Shown here piece by piece: positions 12,591 through 24,583 of a DNA stretch of 64,000 nucleotides (its first letter is position 1; each line of letters opens with the position of its first letter). Made by a program: the position numbers and the translations under genes. The notes under the pieces are model-generated. The model was given only the letters and a program-made list of their open reading frames with translations. It made no database searches and was not told where the DNA came from. Origin of the DNA: Felis catus (lineage: Eukaryota); contig NC_058368.1 in assembly GCF_018350175.1 (NCBI RefSeq), positions 143,532,001 through 143,596,000 on the forward strand. The letters run 5' to 3'.

Positions 12591-14474
12591 CAGGTGTAAG
12601 ACAAAGCGGGTGAGGAGGAACAGACCAGACAATAAGTTCCTGTGGACATGGTTTCCAGCGACTGCTCCTCCTTCTCCCAGTCAGTGACCTCCACCTCAAG
12701 GGGTGCCATTTATTTTGGGGGTGGGGGTGAAGAGCCAGGTGGCAGAAAGTCAAGAGCTCCTCTTACCCCCTTGTCCTAGACATCACCCCCCACCCCCTGA
12801 CTCTTGGTGTGGTCTAACCCTGACGGTATTTCTCCTCGCTCCTTAATTCATCTTACCTATGAGAGGCCCCGAGGAAAGGAATTTTCCAGAGCCACTGCAG
12901 CCCTGAGGCAGAAGAAAGAGCCCCAGATCCTGCTGTGACATTCACCCTCCTATTTTCACAGGAAAAGGAGAAGACATGAAAATAGGTAAAGAGAAAATCA
13001 AATATGTATTGAGGGTAAAATGTCTAGAACTATAAATCGTTCACTAATAACTCCTTTTGATGTCTTCTGCATCAGAACATAAATACCAGTGGCAGGAAGT
13101 TTATCTTCTGCAAAGTTGCTAAAACTACCCCATATATAATTATATATTCTTACTGTATTGGCTTAAAATTGTGCAGAATAAAGTGTAACCTAAAAAGAAG
13201 CCAAAAATAGTTACTTGGTTTCCTTTGCCAAATTTCCTTGAAAAATGTAAATGCATGAGTGTTTAAAATTAGGTAATCAGCTAACAAGTATTTGTTGAGT
13301 ATCCTGTGTTTGGAGGCCTGGAAGCCTTGCTGGAAGCAATGAGGACAGACTTCCTGGCCTTGCTGTCCACCAGAAGGGCACAGGGCCCAGCCCAGGCTAA
13401 TTTTCATTGCTGTGACCTACTTTTCATCAATCTGATAGCCAAAAAAAAAAAAAATGTTTTTGGGGCATGCTTGCTCTTCCAGGGTCTTTCTTGGTCCACT
13501 ACTAAGACACTCAGGCGTTTTCTTCTCTTCAAAAATAGATTATTCCTGCAAGTGGGCATTTTAGAAAGTGCTGTGCTATTTTACTTCCTTAACTCACTTT
13601 TTTCCGCCTCAGATGATGCTGCAGGTCTGACCACACTACGTAAGCAGCAGCAGGTAGAATCCTCTGGTAAGAATCACATTTATAAATTAATTTCATGTTC
13701 CTGTTTATTACTGTGTATAGCCTGGTTTCTCTAAGCCTCATCAGTCTGTCAGTAACAGAGAGGTCCTATGAAACATCATAGCCCAATAATACCTAATAAA
13801 TGCACATCCCAGTCATCCATATTTCGGGGAGTGCCTATGATAGTTCATGCCATCCCACTTGTTGTGTCACGTGACTGTTGTGTCACGGTTACCACCGGGT
13901 CCCGTGGTAAATGAGAACAGGAAGCAGTTTACACACCACTCCCCCCACCGTCCTGAGCCCTCCAAAAGACTTAGAGCAAAGGTAGACGAAGGAATTTTGC
14001 ATGTTTGTGCCTGGATGGTGGGCCCCCAACCCTGCTGTTCGCCTCAAGCAAATAGCTGCTGGTGCCAAGAGGCAAAGCTAAGAGCTGTAGAGCCATTCTT
14101 CATCTCTGGGAAGCCTTACCTGTCAGAGCTCTGGTGTGCTTCACACAGAGCTATCGAGAATACCTACTTCCTACATGCGGGATGGTACTTCTCACCTGCA
14201 CTCAGAAAAACATGCTGAGCCCTTCCTTGGGTTTTCCCTGGAGCCCCTTTATCCATAGAACTTAGACACAGAACCATGGACTTGGCATCAGGGCTAAAAT
14301 GTGACATATACACCATGTTCTCCTCCTGGAGGGATGTGAGCTCTTTTCCTTCTTCTCAATAAAAATACTCTTAATGCAGGTCAACTCCTAGAAGGCCCTC
14401 CTACCACTCAATCAGAGAGGCTCCTGAAAGCTGGTTCCCACCTTGGTCTCAAAATGCTCCAAGCACAAAAGTAA

Positions 14475-14610
14475 CCTGTGACCATCAGCAAGGCGTTTGT
14501 GCCCCCTGGACCTCCATTTCTTCATCTGTAAAATGTGATGTGCCCTTTCCATGTCAGTTATGAGTATCAAATGACATCATTGATGGCTGAGCACTTTTAA
14601 AAAGCCCTAT
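14475..14610 (+). mobile_element. MIR fragment
   Basis: ctgtgacc...cctccatttcttcatctgtaaaatg core. Confidence 0.65.
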
Positions 14611-15499
14611 AACAATACAGAGTTGAAGGAAACTAAGAGCCAATTGCTTTGTTTTCTTTAAGCCCAGGATGCCAGACTTGGGGGAAAGGTTGGTTTACTT
14701 TGCCTAATTCAATCTGGCTGGCCTAGTTTAGTTTTTTTAAATAACAGATTAACTTTATATGCATTATTTATATATTTTACTAGAGTTTTGCCAAGAGACT
14801 TTAAACACGTCAAAGATGTTGGGGTTGGGAGTACAATGGTGGGTTGAACAGGTAAGCAAGCATTAGGTGGGGGGGGAGGGGAGAAGAAAACAAGAGGCTA
14901 TCTCTCATAAAATAAATCAAAGTGCATAGCCCCGCCAGTACCTAAATGGAATATACTGGATATGTGTGAGTCAATTAGCTCACTAGTCTGCGAAGCAGAG
15001 CCAAACCCAGGACTAACTGGCAAACCCAACATCCAGAACCACCATTTCCCCTATGCCCGCAGCCATGGCAGACATTTCTAATGGATTGTGGCATCCTCTC
15101 TATCTGGGCCGAAAGTTGACCTCACATTCCTTCACGGGAAATGCTTTTTAAATTCTTCTTTTTAATTTGTAATTTTTTATGCTAGAAATCTTGAAGAGTA
15201 TAGTTAGATCAGGGTAGCCCACGTAATGACAACAGTAGCTTGAAGCTACAATCATTTTAAAAAAAAAAAGAAAGAAAGAAAGCTAAGGGGCCATATGTTG
15301 AAGGAAACTGCTTCATGAGCTATTTGGGCAGTTGTTGGTGGAACGTGGGAGGACCATAGACCAAGAGGAGACTAAGAGAGGAGGGAGGGGGTCAGAGCCT
15401 GCTGCTGTGGGATCGTTGTGCTGCTTACCTCCCTTGCCCCCTCCCTCGCCTCACCAACAACTAATCCCCTGAACTGGGTCATATATTGACACATTGAAC

Positions 15500-15672
15500 T
15501 TAGATTTAGATTTAAATGAATTTAAATGAAATGTACTTAAAAATTCAGTTCTTCAGTTACACTGGTCGCATTTCAACAACTCGCTAGCCTTATGTGGCCA
15601 GTGGCTCCTCCACTGGGCAGTGCAGATACAGAACATCCCCATCATCACAGACAGGTCTATAGGCAACCTATA
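15500..15672. mobile_element. MER3/MER33-like hAT-Charlie relic
   Basis: aaaattcagttcttcagttacactggtcgcatttcaa...atgtggccagtggct...cagtgcagatacagaacatccccatcatcacag. Confidence 0.8.
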
Positions 15673-16893
15673 GCAAACCCCACCATGTATCCTACTCATA
15701 ACACTGCTCAATAGCCTGGCATCATAGGACTTGTCCTCACATGGTGGGAGTTCCTCACACACAGTATTGATAGAAACTCAGTTCTGACCACCTGCCTTCA
15801 CTTCACCTATACAGAAAGAAGGACTCAGGCTGGGGAAAGAAGGAGAGAAAATACACTATTTCAAGAAATTATTTTTCTTCAACATGAAAGTTACAAAAAG
15901 AACAGATGGCACTTTTTGAAAAATGAAAATCTGGGATCGAAGAGAAGAAAAGAGCCAAGCATGAGTCTCAGGACTGCTGTTGATTTTTCCTGACCACCCC
16001 AGCCAACTCAACACCATCGTTGTTGCTATAAAATACACAAATGTTCTTAGTTTTAAAACTTGGGTTGCAGAGAGAATTCTTACTTTTACATTCAGTTGAA
16101 AAGAAGATGCTTGCTTTTACCTAAATTTCTTAAGATTCTGTGATTTCCTATCCTGCCTGCCTGCTGGCTGTTTTGTGTATGAGGCAGAACAGATAAGCTT
16201 TGACCTTGGAGCTGCTCTGTGGGATTTTCTGCAGATGGTTCTCAATAATAAGGTGTTTGCTCATTTGTTTCTAGGTTCCTTTATTTCAAAATAAAAGTGC
16301 AGCCAAATTGACCCATGGGGAGAGAACAGATTAGGCAGAAAATAGAATCTCCTTACATTTCTTACTCTAACGCACTCTGATTCCACCCGTGAAATTGTCC
16401 CACCAGGATGCTGGCAGTAACAGAACAGGGCATGGCAAGGAGAGGCAGAGAAGAGACCTTAGTTCTGGATGGGCACATGTGAGGGCCAGGAAAGTCAGCT
16501 GAGGCTGAGAGGGCAGACAGGGGCCTCAGGTTCGGAGCAAGAGGCCAGGATCTAAAGTGCAGGAGTCTGGGGAGGAGGTGAGCCTCATATGGTCTGTTGC
16601 TGTAGGCACCTTAGAGCTGAGCACAGCCAGTTTCCCCACCAGCCTTGAGCCCACAAGGCTTATCTGCATGTGGGTTCCAGCCCTAGTTGAGGCAGAAAGG
16701 AGATGGAATCCTGGCACATGAAACCTGAAAGGACTTTTGGTATCCCCTTCTGGAGTCTTCCCGAAGAGCCTGAAGATAAGAAGCACCTTGTATACTTGTT
16801 AAGCGTGGAGCCCTGCATCTGAACCACACCTCCTGAATCTTGGTCACCTAGGTATCTGATAAGCAGCTCAGGTGACTGATCTCAGAAAGTCTG

Positions 16894-17118
16894 GGGGATG
16901 CCTGGGTGGCTCAGTCGGTTAGGCGGCCGACTTCAGCTCAGGTCATGATCTCATGGTTCATGATTTCAAGCCCCGTGTCAGGCTCTGTGCTGACAGCTCA
17001 GAGCCTGGAGCCTGCTTCAGAATCTGTGACTCCCCCTCTTTCTCTGTCCCTTCCCCAGCTCATGCTCTGTCTCTGTCTCTCAAAAAATAAATAAACGTTC
17101 AAAAAAAATTTTTTTTAA
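16894..17118 (+). mobile_element. CanSINE
   Basis: Head, (CT)n and A/T tail; TSD agaaagtct at 16884-16892 and 17119-17127. Confidence 0.95.
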
Positions 17119-17227
17119 AGAAAGTCTAGGAAACACCTATCCAACGGTTTTCAGACTGGACCCCACAGAGCCCTGAGGTCTCTCGATGCTTCTTTAGTGC
17201 TACAGAAGGGTGCAGTAAGAATGAGGG

Positions 17228-17327
17228 GAAGGTAGGTGATGGGCACTGAAGAGGGCATCTTTTGGGATGAGCACTGGGTGTTGTACGGAAACTAATTTGA
17301 CAAATTTCATATATTAAAAAAAAAAGA
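17228..17327 (+). mobile_element. Severely 5'-truncated felid L1 (3' UTR tip plus poly-A)
   Basis: ggtgatgggcactgaagagggcatcttttgggatgagcactgggtgttgta...tttcatatattaaaaaaaaaa; TSD aagaatgaggg at 17217-17227 and 17328-17338. Confidence 0.9.
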
Positions 17328-17389
17328 AAGAATGAGGGAAGGACAGAATGTGTGAAACTTGAGGCTTCCCACCCTGCTACAATGTGATA

Positions 17390-17620
17390 ATGGTGAATAA
17401 TAGTAGCAAGTGCTTATCAAACCCTTCTATCCTAAGAGCTGTGCATGTATTATCTCATTAATCCTTACAATCACTCTATGAAGAAAGTATTATTAGAATA
17501 CCTATTTTACGGATGACAAAACCATGGCTTGGCAAAAAAGTAGCTTATTCAAGGTCACGCAACTAGTAGGTAGCAAGGCTGAAATTTGAATAATAAAACT
17601 CCTTACCATCATGTTATTCT
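17390..17620 (-). mobile_element. MIR SINE
   Basis: tattatctcattaatccttacaatcactctatga...attttacggatgacaaaacc...caaggtcacgcaactagta. Confidence 0.8.
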
Positions 17621-19126
17621 AACCTTGGAGAAGCTCCACTTGTATTTGGTTTATGTCTTATTGGGCACCTTATAGTATTTAGACTATAAAATAGTGGATT
17701 ACCCCACTAATAAAGGTGTGAAAGCACTTGGCTAATCTGATCCCTACCTTTTATACAAGAAGCAGCTAAGGCCCAGAGAGGTGACGTTGTAGTCACAAGG
17801 TCACAAAATAGGGACACAAAGTTGGATGATCTAGCCTGAACAAGGCTGGTAGCTTCCCCAAGAGGCTGGCTCTGAACTGGGCTCTGCACTCAGCCAACGG
17901 TATGCACTGAGCCAACCCGTTCTTGTGACCTTTCCTGATTTCCTACGGCTGGCAGTCATCATCGGCTGAGAAAGAGTTATGGCCCCCACTGAGGCCTGGA
18001 TTGGGTACTAAGGGCATTTAGCCAAAGGGGAAAACAAAGGTCACAGTTCATGGTGAGTAAATTTCTCATCTTGTTACACGGAACCATGACTCCTTTGTTA
18101 GCCAGCCTCGAGTGTCTATGACTGCAACTGAATCTGATCCTCTTTTATTCCTGTTGTAATTAATGTCCATGTGGCATGGGGCTTCCTGAAAGGGTGAAAT
18201 ATTTTCTAGAGAAGGCTATATTTCAGGTGCCGGTGACTTATTTCTTCTTCCCTGGGACTGGTTCATCAATCACTTGGAGATGTTTTGCAACCAAAGGGCA
18301 AATGCATTTCTCAGAGCAGCGGCCTCCACCCCAGTCCCCAAGGCAAAGCCGAGTGATCAGGAAAGGGCTTGGGGGGCAGCCAGCCCTTGTCTCCCAAATC
18401 CCACCATCTGGGAAGTGTGTGTTTTGCTCCCGCTGGGGAATGGACACATGGCTAGATGCCTGCAATCCCTGATCCCAGAATGTATGGTGTCTGTCTGCCT
18501 ACTGTCCCTGTGAGGGGGAAAAGAAGGTTTTGAAGCTGCACACTCTGCTTGGGAAGTCCTGCTGAGCCTTCAGGTTGATTTATTTGATTGAGTGTCCAAG
18601 ACCCGGTGTGGTTTCCAGGGCTGCTGTCAAAACTATCTTTTCATATTGAGAAATCAATTTTCCTCCCTTGACTGAAATGGTTTTACAAAATGTACATTTG
18701 AGAGAGAGCTTTATTCTGGAGGCTACTTCTTGAATGACATGTTTCTTGACACAGGCTCTGTCTTGGAGGGGCTTGGATGAGTTGGGTCTTGACTCCATGG
18801 ATGGCCTTCTTGTCCCCGCCCCCCCCCCCCCAGCCAGGTTTCTAAAGAAGGTGGTTGCATAGTTGCACCAAGTAGCCTTTAAACATCTCTCCTCATTACC
18901 TAGCAGATGGATCGCAGACAAATTCTGCTTTCGTTTTTTCCAAGTAGTGATATCTCTGATGTATCTTAGCAGAAAGTCCCATGCTAAGCAAATCTGGCCA
19001 AGGAAATCTGACCTTTGCAGCGAGAGGCAACACTGCGGTGCCACACATCTGCAGGAAAGTCTGGGAAAGACAGGTGGGTAAATAAAATGGAGGTGGGATA
19101 ACAGGGTGAATTTGGAAGCCAGCAGT

Positions 19127-19618
19127 TGTGGGGGAAACACAGCTTTACCCTCTCAGGGTTCTTTTTGGCTGGGCCTGAGAATTAAACTGACACAGACAGA
19201 TCTACAGGAGAAACATGCGCACGTTTATTTAATGCAAGTTTTATGTGACACGGGAGCCTTCACAAGGAATGAAGAACCAAAGAAATGGCGAAGACTACTT
19301 GCTTTTCTATTAGGTTGAACAAAGAGAAGCAATTGTGGAGCTGCAGGGAAAGGCTAAAGGCAGATAAGAATTGTTTTAACAAGGTCTGTTTGTGTAGCAG
19401 AATTCTCTCCAACCCAGCTTATCCGGGATGATAAGAATGTTGCTCTCCTCCTGGTACAAGGAAGACAACTTTCCTATGGGAATCTCATCTCCTGCTTTTA
19501 AGAAAAAGAAGGAAGGTTAGAATGTGTTTCTTGTATTTGCTGTTTGAAGTGCCTTGACTTCAGAAGAGTCAATATGGCAGAGAGGCATATCTGGGGTGGC
19601 TTGTTCTGAACCCCTTCA
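19127..19618 (-). mobile_element. ERV1-class solo LTR (MER34-family-like)
   Basis: TG...CA ends; right end is the reverse complement of tgaaggggttcagaacaagccaccccagatatgcc; 4-bp flanks cagt/ccgt fit a decayed ERV1 TSD. Confidence 0.8.
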
Positions 19619-19644
19619 CCGTGCAGCATGAGGGGAGGCTGCAT

Positions 19645-19878
19645 AGGTGGCCGTTAAGAGCATTAGGCTTCTGGCCAGCCTGGGTTCGAATCCTGGCTCT
19701 GTCACTTCCCAGCTATACCTCTGGGAGCGAGTTCTTTATTCTCTACTTTTGGTGGCTTCATCTGAAAATAGCACTTACTTCATGGAGTTGTGAGAATTAG
19801 ATGAGTTAATGGATATAGAACATTTAGCACCATGCCTGGCCTATAGTATGTGCTTAATAAACATTAGTATCATTATTC
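19645..19878 (+). mobile_element. MIR SINE, near full length
   Basis: gttaagagc...cctgggttcgaatcctggctctgtcact...catgcctggcctatagtatgtgcttaataaacattag. Confidence 0.9.
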
Positions 19879-21731
19879 ACCCTTTCTTGGGAAGTGATAG
19901 TGGCTTAGTGTAGGGACCTACCTAGTGAGGTTTTGATTCATCCTTGACTGATTTCTCAGCCTCTTGGGTGGCCATGTTTTCCCGGGAAGTTGGCAAGTGG
20001 AGTGAAACTACTCTCACCTGCCCTGAAACGCTGGCTCGAGCTTCCTAAAAGCAAGGCGGCTGGAAGGCAGGTGATTCTCTCTGAGGTTAAATGCTCCTCG
20101 GTCTCCTGACCACTTCATTCTGCCATTTCAGAAGGGATTTTTCAGTTAATTAAAGAGAGGCAAGACCAATTACATTCAGCCCTGCCTTATAAAGAGAAGA
20201 CTTGCTGGTATCTTTACGAGCCTTGCCTCATCCCAGCGTGCTCCTCCTTACCCTCCAGGCAGAACATGTGTGTCTCTTTTTCAACCTCCTCAGGAGAAAA
20301 ATGAATGACTCTCATATAAATACACAAATGGCAAGAATAATTAAATCTGGCAGTGTTTGAAATAAAGCCATGGCCTATTATTGTCCTGTCTCCGCGGGTG
20401 TCTCATTCCTGGCCTGTGCATAGTCCTTGAGCAGAAAGAAATCACGGGCACTGTGCGGCGAGCTGCAGTCAACCATGGTTATGAACTGCAGGGCAAGTTC
20501 CCCAGCTCGAGCCTCAAGGGCTGTCCTATGGGTTGAGGCAGCTGTCTAATAAAAGACCATTTTCGTAATCAGTGTTCAGTGAAAACGTACCATTTTCATT
20601 TATAGAAACAGTGAAGCCACCTGCTATTTAAAGGCCCCCTCCTCCTCTTCTTCCTCACCCCAGGGCTGAATCTCCCAGCTCACTCCCTCAGCCAGCTGTG
20701 TCTTGTCAAAGTTCCAATCTCCTCCTTCGGAAACGTAAATCTCTCTGACCGTCCACCCCATGCACATTGCTTTTTATCCTGTCTGGAGTGTAGGATTATG
20801 GCCTCACCCGCAAAAATAGCTTCAGTGAGAGTGGTCAGCTGAGAAGGAACTAGGTGTACCCTATCAAGGGAAGGGTAGCTAGACATGACTCTGCTTCAAA
20901 GCCCGGACTCACAGATTCACACGGCACCCATTCCCACACAGCTCCGGCTGAGTCAAGCACTGACAACTGAGAGGGCGGAGAGGAGAGGGGAAGAGAAGAA
21001 AATGCTGCTGCAGAGACAGGAGCGCAGCACCCAGAGTAAAAGGAAGGGGCTCAGAGCAAACAGAAGGAGGAAAGCAAAACAAAGAGACAGATGCAGCCAA
21101 ACCTCAATTAGACAGCCGGCTTGGGGAATGGGCGTTTTGGTTAGTGGAAGTTTCTAGTTAACTGTGAATGGAGCCAGAATCCTTTGTCTTAACCCTTAAT
21201 TCAGAAAAGCTTTTTACATAATGTTAGTTCGCTTCCCTAAGACCATTACAGATGGAGACCATGGGATCTTACGGCATCTCAAAGGGCAGTGGTCAGGATG
21301 TGAATACCAAGTGCACAGTGGAGAGTGTATGGAGGGAAGTGTCCCAGCCTTGGAGAAATAGATGCTGAACCTTGTGTTTATCCTGAAAGTTAAATCTCTG
21401 ATTTAAACTTGCCTTTTATCTTAATCACTAATTGCTGCGAATTTTTGTTAAATTTTAACTGCATACTACGCTCTTATTTATTCTTCAAATCTCAACTTGA
21501 ATATCACCTCCTCTATGAAGCCTTTCTGATTACTCCTGCTCTCCCCTCAGACCCTCCCTGTCACTTCTGTCTTTGCTTAGCATACTGTGTTTAAATAATC
21601 TGTAAGCATGGGACACAGTGGGCAAGTGATTGAGGGAGGGCTTCATCTAAGACCTTGCTTGTAAAGAAGCTGAACTCCCAGTCTTTGCCTTATGATAGTA
21701 ATAAACTCCAATTACCTGTAAAGTCTCAGAC

Positions 21732-21734
<3 letters not shown>

Positions 21735-21769
<35 letters not shown>
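21735..21769. repeat. Poly(A) tract, 35 nt
   Basis: Uninterrupted A-run. Confidence 0.95.
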
Positions 21770-21770
<1 letters not shown>

Positions 21771-22313
21771 AAGTCCAACTTTACTGTTAGATCCCCAGCC
21801 CATAGTCAGAAATAAGGGAGGGAAAGAGAGAGGTGAAAAAGGGAGGAGAAATTCTATAAACGTAAGAGGGGGAGTGAGAGAAACCACTTACAGTCTTGGT
21901 GATTTAATCTTAATTCTGAGACCTAGTCCTTGCTGTTTCCCTCTGATCTGTAAAACAAAGTGCCTCCTACAGGGGTTTTGAGTTCTGAAACAACTCAGGA
22001 AGATGATAGTTGTCTTTCCATTAACCACTCCATTCTCTAAATGTACCATAGGGGGTAGGAGTGGGGTGGGAGTTTAGGGAAGAAAATCAGTCAACAGTTA
22101 GCAAGAGCCAAATAAACACAGTGGCAGATCAGTGGAAGCTGAATTTGAGGATAGACTGAAGTCCAACCGAGAGCTAGAAGGTCAACTCCATTCAACATTT
22201 GCTGGGTCTCTATTCTGGGGGCCATGATAAAAGTCACCAAAATAGTCCTTGTTGGGCCATGATCTGTTGTGGAGAATAGAAAATAAGGAGTAAGGCAAAG
22301 AGAAGGCAGGGGA

Positions 22314-22522
22314 GGGGCGCCTGGGTGGCTCAGTCGGTTAAGCATCTGATCTCCGCTCAGGTCATGATCTTGCGGTTCATGAGTTCGAGCCCCATGTTGG
22401 GCTCTGTGCTGACAGCTTAGAGCCTGGAGCCTGCTTCGGGATTCTGTGTCTCCCTCTCTCTCAGCCCTTCCTCCGCTCGTGCTCTGTCTCTCAAAAAGAA
22501 CTTAGATTAGTTTTTAAAAAAA
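22314..22522 (+). mobile_element. CanSINE
   Basis: ggggcgcctgggtggctcag head; flanks share aaggcaggg. Confidence 0.93.
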
Positions 22523-22851
22523 GAAGAACAAGGCAGGGCACTGGCTTGGCATCCAGTTGCACAGCTCTGGTTGTGTCAGGTCTCTGGTCCAGGAGGCAAC
22601 TGCCTGGACACTGGTCCGTGGACTGCTGGCACTAGAGGGCCATGGAAGGAGCAAGCAGGCAGGGCTGGTATCTGGGAGATTAGCTCCATCTTCCCTGAGC
22701 TCAGCGGAAACCCAGAACCCCTCTCTGCCCTGGGCATACTCCTGGTGTGTGCCTAGCCCCCAGTAAGCCCTGGCAGTCTCATGTCTGTCTGGCCATGATT
22801 TCAATTCTAATTTAAGCCACGGCCCTGGTGATCTTTTTAACACCCCTCTGA

Positions 22852-23049
22852 GGGACGCCTGGGTGGCTCAGTTGGTTAAGTGTCAGACTGTTGATTTCAG
22901 CTCACAGTTCGCGAGATCGAGCCCCACATCAGGCTCTGTGCTTGGGATTCTCTCTCTCTCTCCTCCCCTCTCCCTGTCCCTCCCCCACTCAAGCATGTGC
23001 TCTCTCGCTCTCTCTCTCTCAAAAAAAAAAAAAAAAAACTTTAAAAAAA
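22852..23049 (+). mobile_element. CanSINE with internal deletions
   Basis: gggacgcctgggtggctcag head, (CT)n, A-tail; flanks share cccctct. Confidence 0.9.
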
Positions 23050-23319
23050 CCCTCCCCTCTAAGAAGGGCTGCGTATTCCTTAAAAACTAACCAATAGCCC
23101 TTTTGAGCTATGGGTTTTACAGACAGGAGAGTGTGTGGTGAAATCCTATTAGAGACGTTGCAACACTGTCCTTTAGGATTCCCAAGGTAGACAACAGTGT
23201 GGATGCCAACCTGGCAGACAAACTGCCCGTTATGTTTATGTGCATCAGTTGTCTGTTCAGAGCTATACCCACATGAGGAAACAGGAAGCACCCTGGACAT
23301 TTCCCTGGTATGTCCCTGC

Positions 23320-23415
23320 TTTCCCTGGTCTCCTGGAGGAGAGGGCCTATTTTCATAGTATCTGGCACAGAACCTGACAGAGTGTAGGTGCTCAACAGAT
23401 GCTCCCTGAATGAAT
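23320..23415 (+). mobile_element. L2 3' terminus
   Basis: gcacagaacctgacagagtgtaggtgctcaacagatgctccctgaatgaat. Confidence 0.7.
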
Positions 23416-24362
23416 ATAATAATTCTATTTTCAGAATTCAGTTATGACTGGATCAAGTCTGACCCATCATCTCTTTGCTCCTTTATAGGGATGAGCTCAT
23501 TGAATGTCCCCACAGGCCCCAGTAGCTCACCTGTTACTCAGCTGCCACCATCTCAGCAGCAAGGCAGGCTGGTCCTCAGGCCGCAAGCTAGAGCATGCAA
23601 GATATTATATTGCCTTATCCACACATAAATACGAGTAAGGATCTTGGCCCAGTTATAAGACGGGTGATTATTTCCATTCCTTTCTGTGGCACCTCAAGCC
23701 TCGATTTCTGCCACATCTAGAACACAGGGCCTGATGAAGCTGGAGTTGGGCGTCATAGTGCCTTTTGGCCTAGGATTTCAGAGCCTGAGCTCCACACTCA
23801 CATTGGGCAGCTCTTGAGCCAGCTCAGGGCTTCCAACATCTCTTTAACATCTATCCTTGAGATAGTGGAGAAGAGACCTTAGATATTTGGTGGGAGTCTA
23901 CTGAGCCTGCTTTTGGTCGGTCTTTTCATGCTACTCTTGAAATTGGATGCCTTCTGATCTCTCTGGTTTTTCTGGCGTTAGCAACTCACTGCCCTGGGAA
24001 TCTTTGCTTGGCCACAGCCAAGAACAGGGAATGACAGATACCTCTGAACCAGAGCCTTGTCTTATTCCTTCAGGTTTGTGGTAGACTGGGATGCCCACCA
24101 TGTGTACACACACCCACAGCACATGTCGTAGGCACTCCTGGTAGTTCAGCTCCGTGTTAACTTTGCTGTCCAGTGGAAAGTGGCTGGAGTGCTCAGGGAT
24201 GAGTTCACCCACTTTCATGTAAGAGTCTGTATTTACTGATGGATCAAGGCCCTTGGGATTTCTGTAATTTGACTGGGTCCATTATTTCTCACCAGCACTA
24301 AATTCAGGGGGTAATCGGAATCAATTTAGGGTTTTTATTCTAGTCACTTAAAAGTAATTTTA

Positions 24363-24583
24363 GGGGCGCCTGGGTGGTGCAGTCGGTTAAGCGTCCGACT
24401 TCAGCCAGGTCACGATCTCGCGGTCCGGGAGTTCGAGCCCCGCGTCAGGCTCTGGGCTGATGGCTCAGAGCCTGGAGCCTGTTTCTGATTCTGTGTCTCT
24501 CTCTCTCTCTGCCCCTCCCCTGTTCATGCTCTGTCTCTCTCTGTCCCAAAAATAAATAAACGTTGAAAAAAAATTAAAAAAAA
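24363..24583 (+). mobile_element. Young CanSINE (SINEC_Fc-like)
   Basis: CpG-rich body with cagccaggtcacgatctcgcgg; 13-bp TSD aaaagtaatttta at 24350-24362 and 24584-24596. Confidence 0.97.

Larger units (their letters stand above)
17143..17730. mobile_element. MER102-like hAT-Charlie element split by younger insertions
   Basis: Termini caacggttttcagactg...tgaaagcacttg; internal cacagagccctgagg and agctccacttgtatttggtttat motifs. Confidence 0.55.

Noticed and set aside
13362..13382. CTCF-like tgtccaccagaagggcac
   Set aside because: An extra base breaks the core spacing.
18580..19140. Longest ORF (186 aa, minus strand)
   Set aside because: No recognisable domain, it runs through a C homopolymer and it starts within an LTR end.
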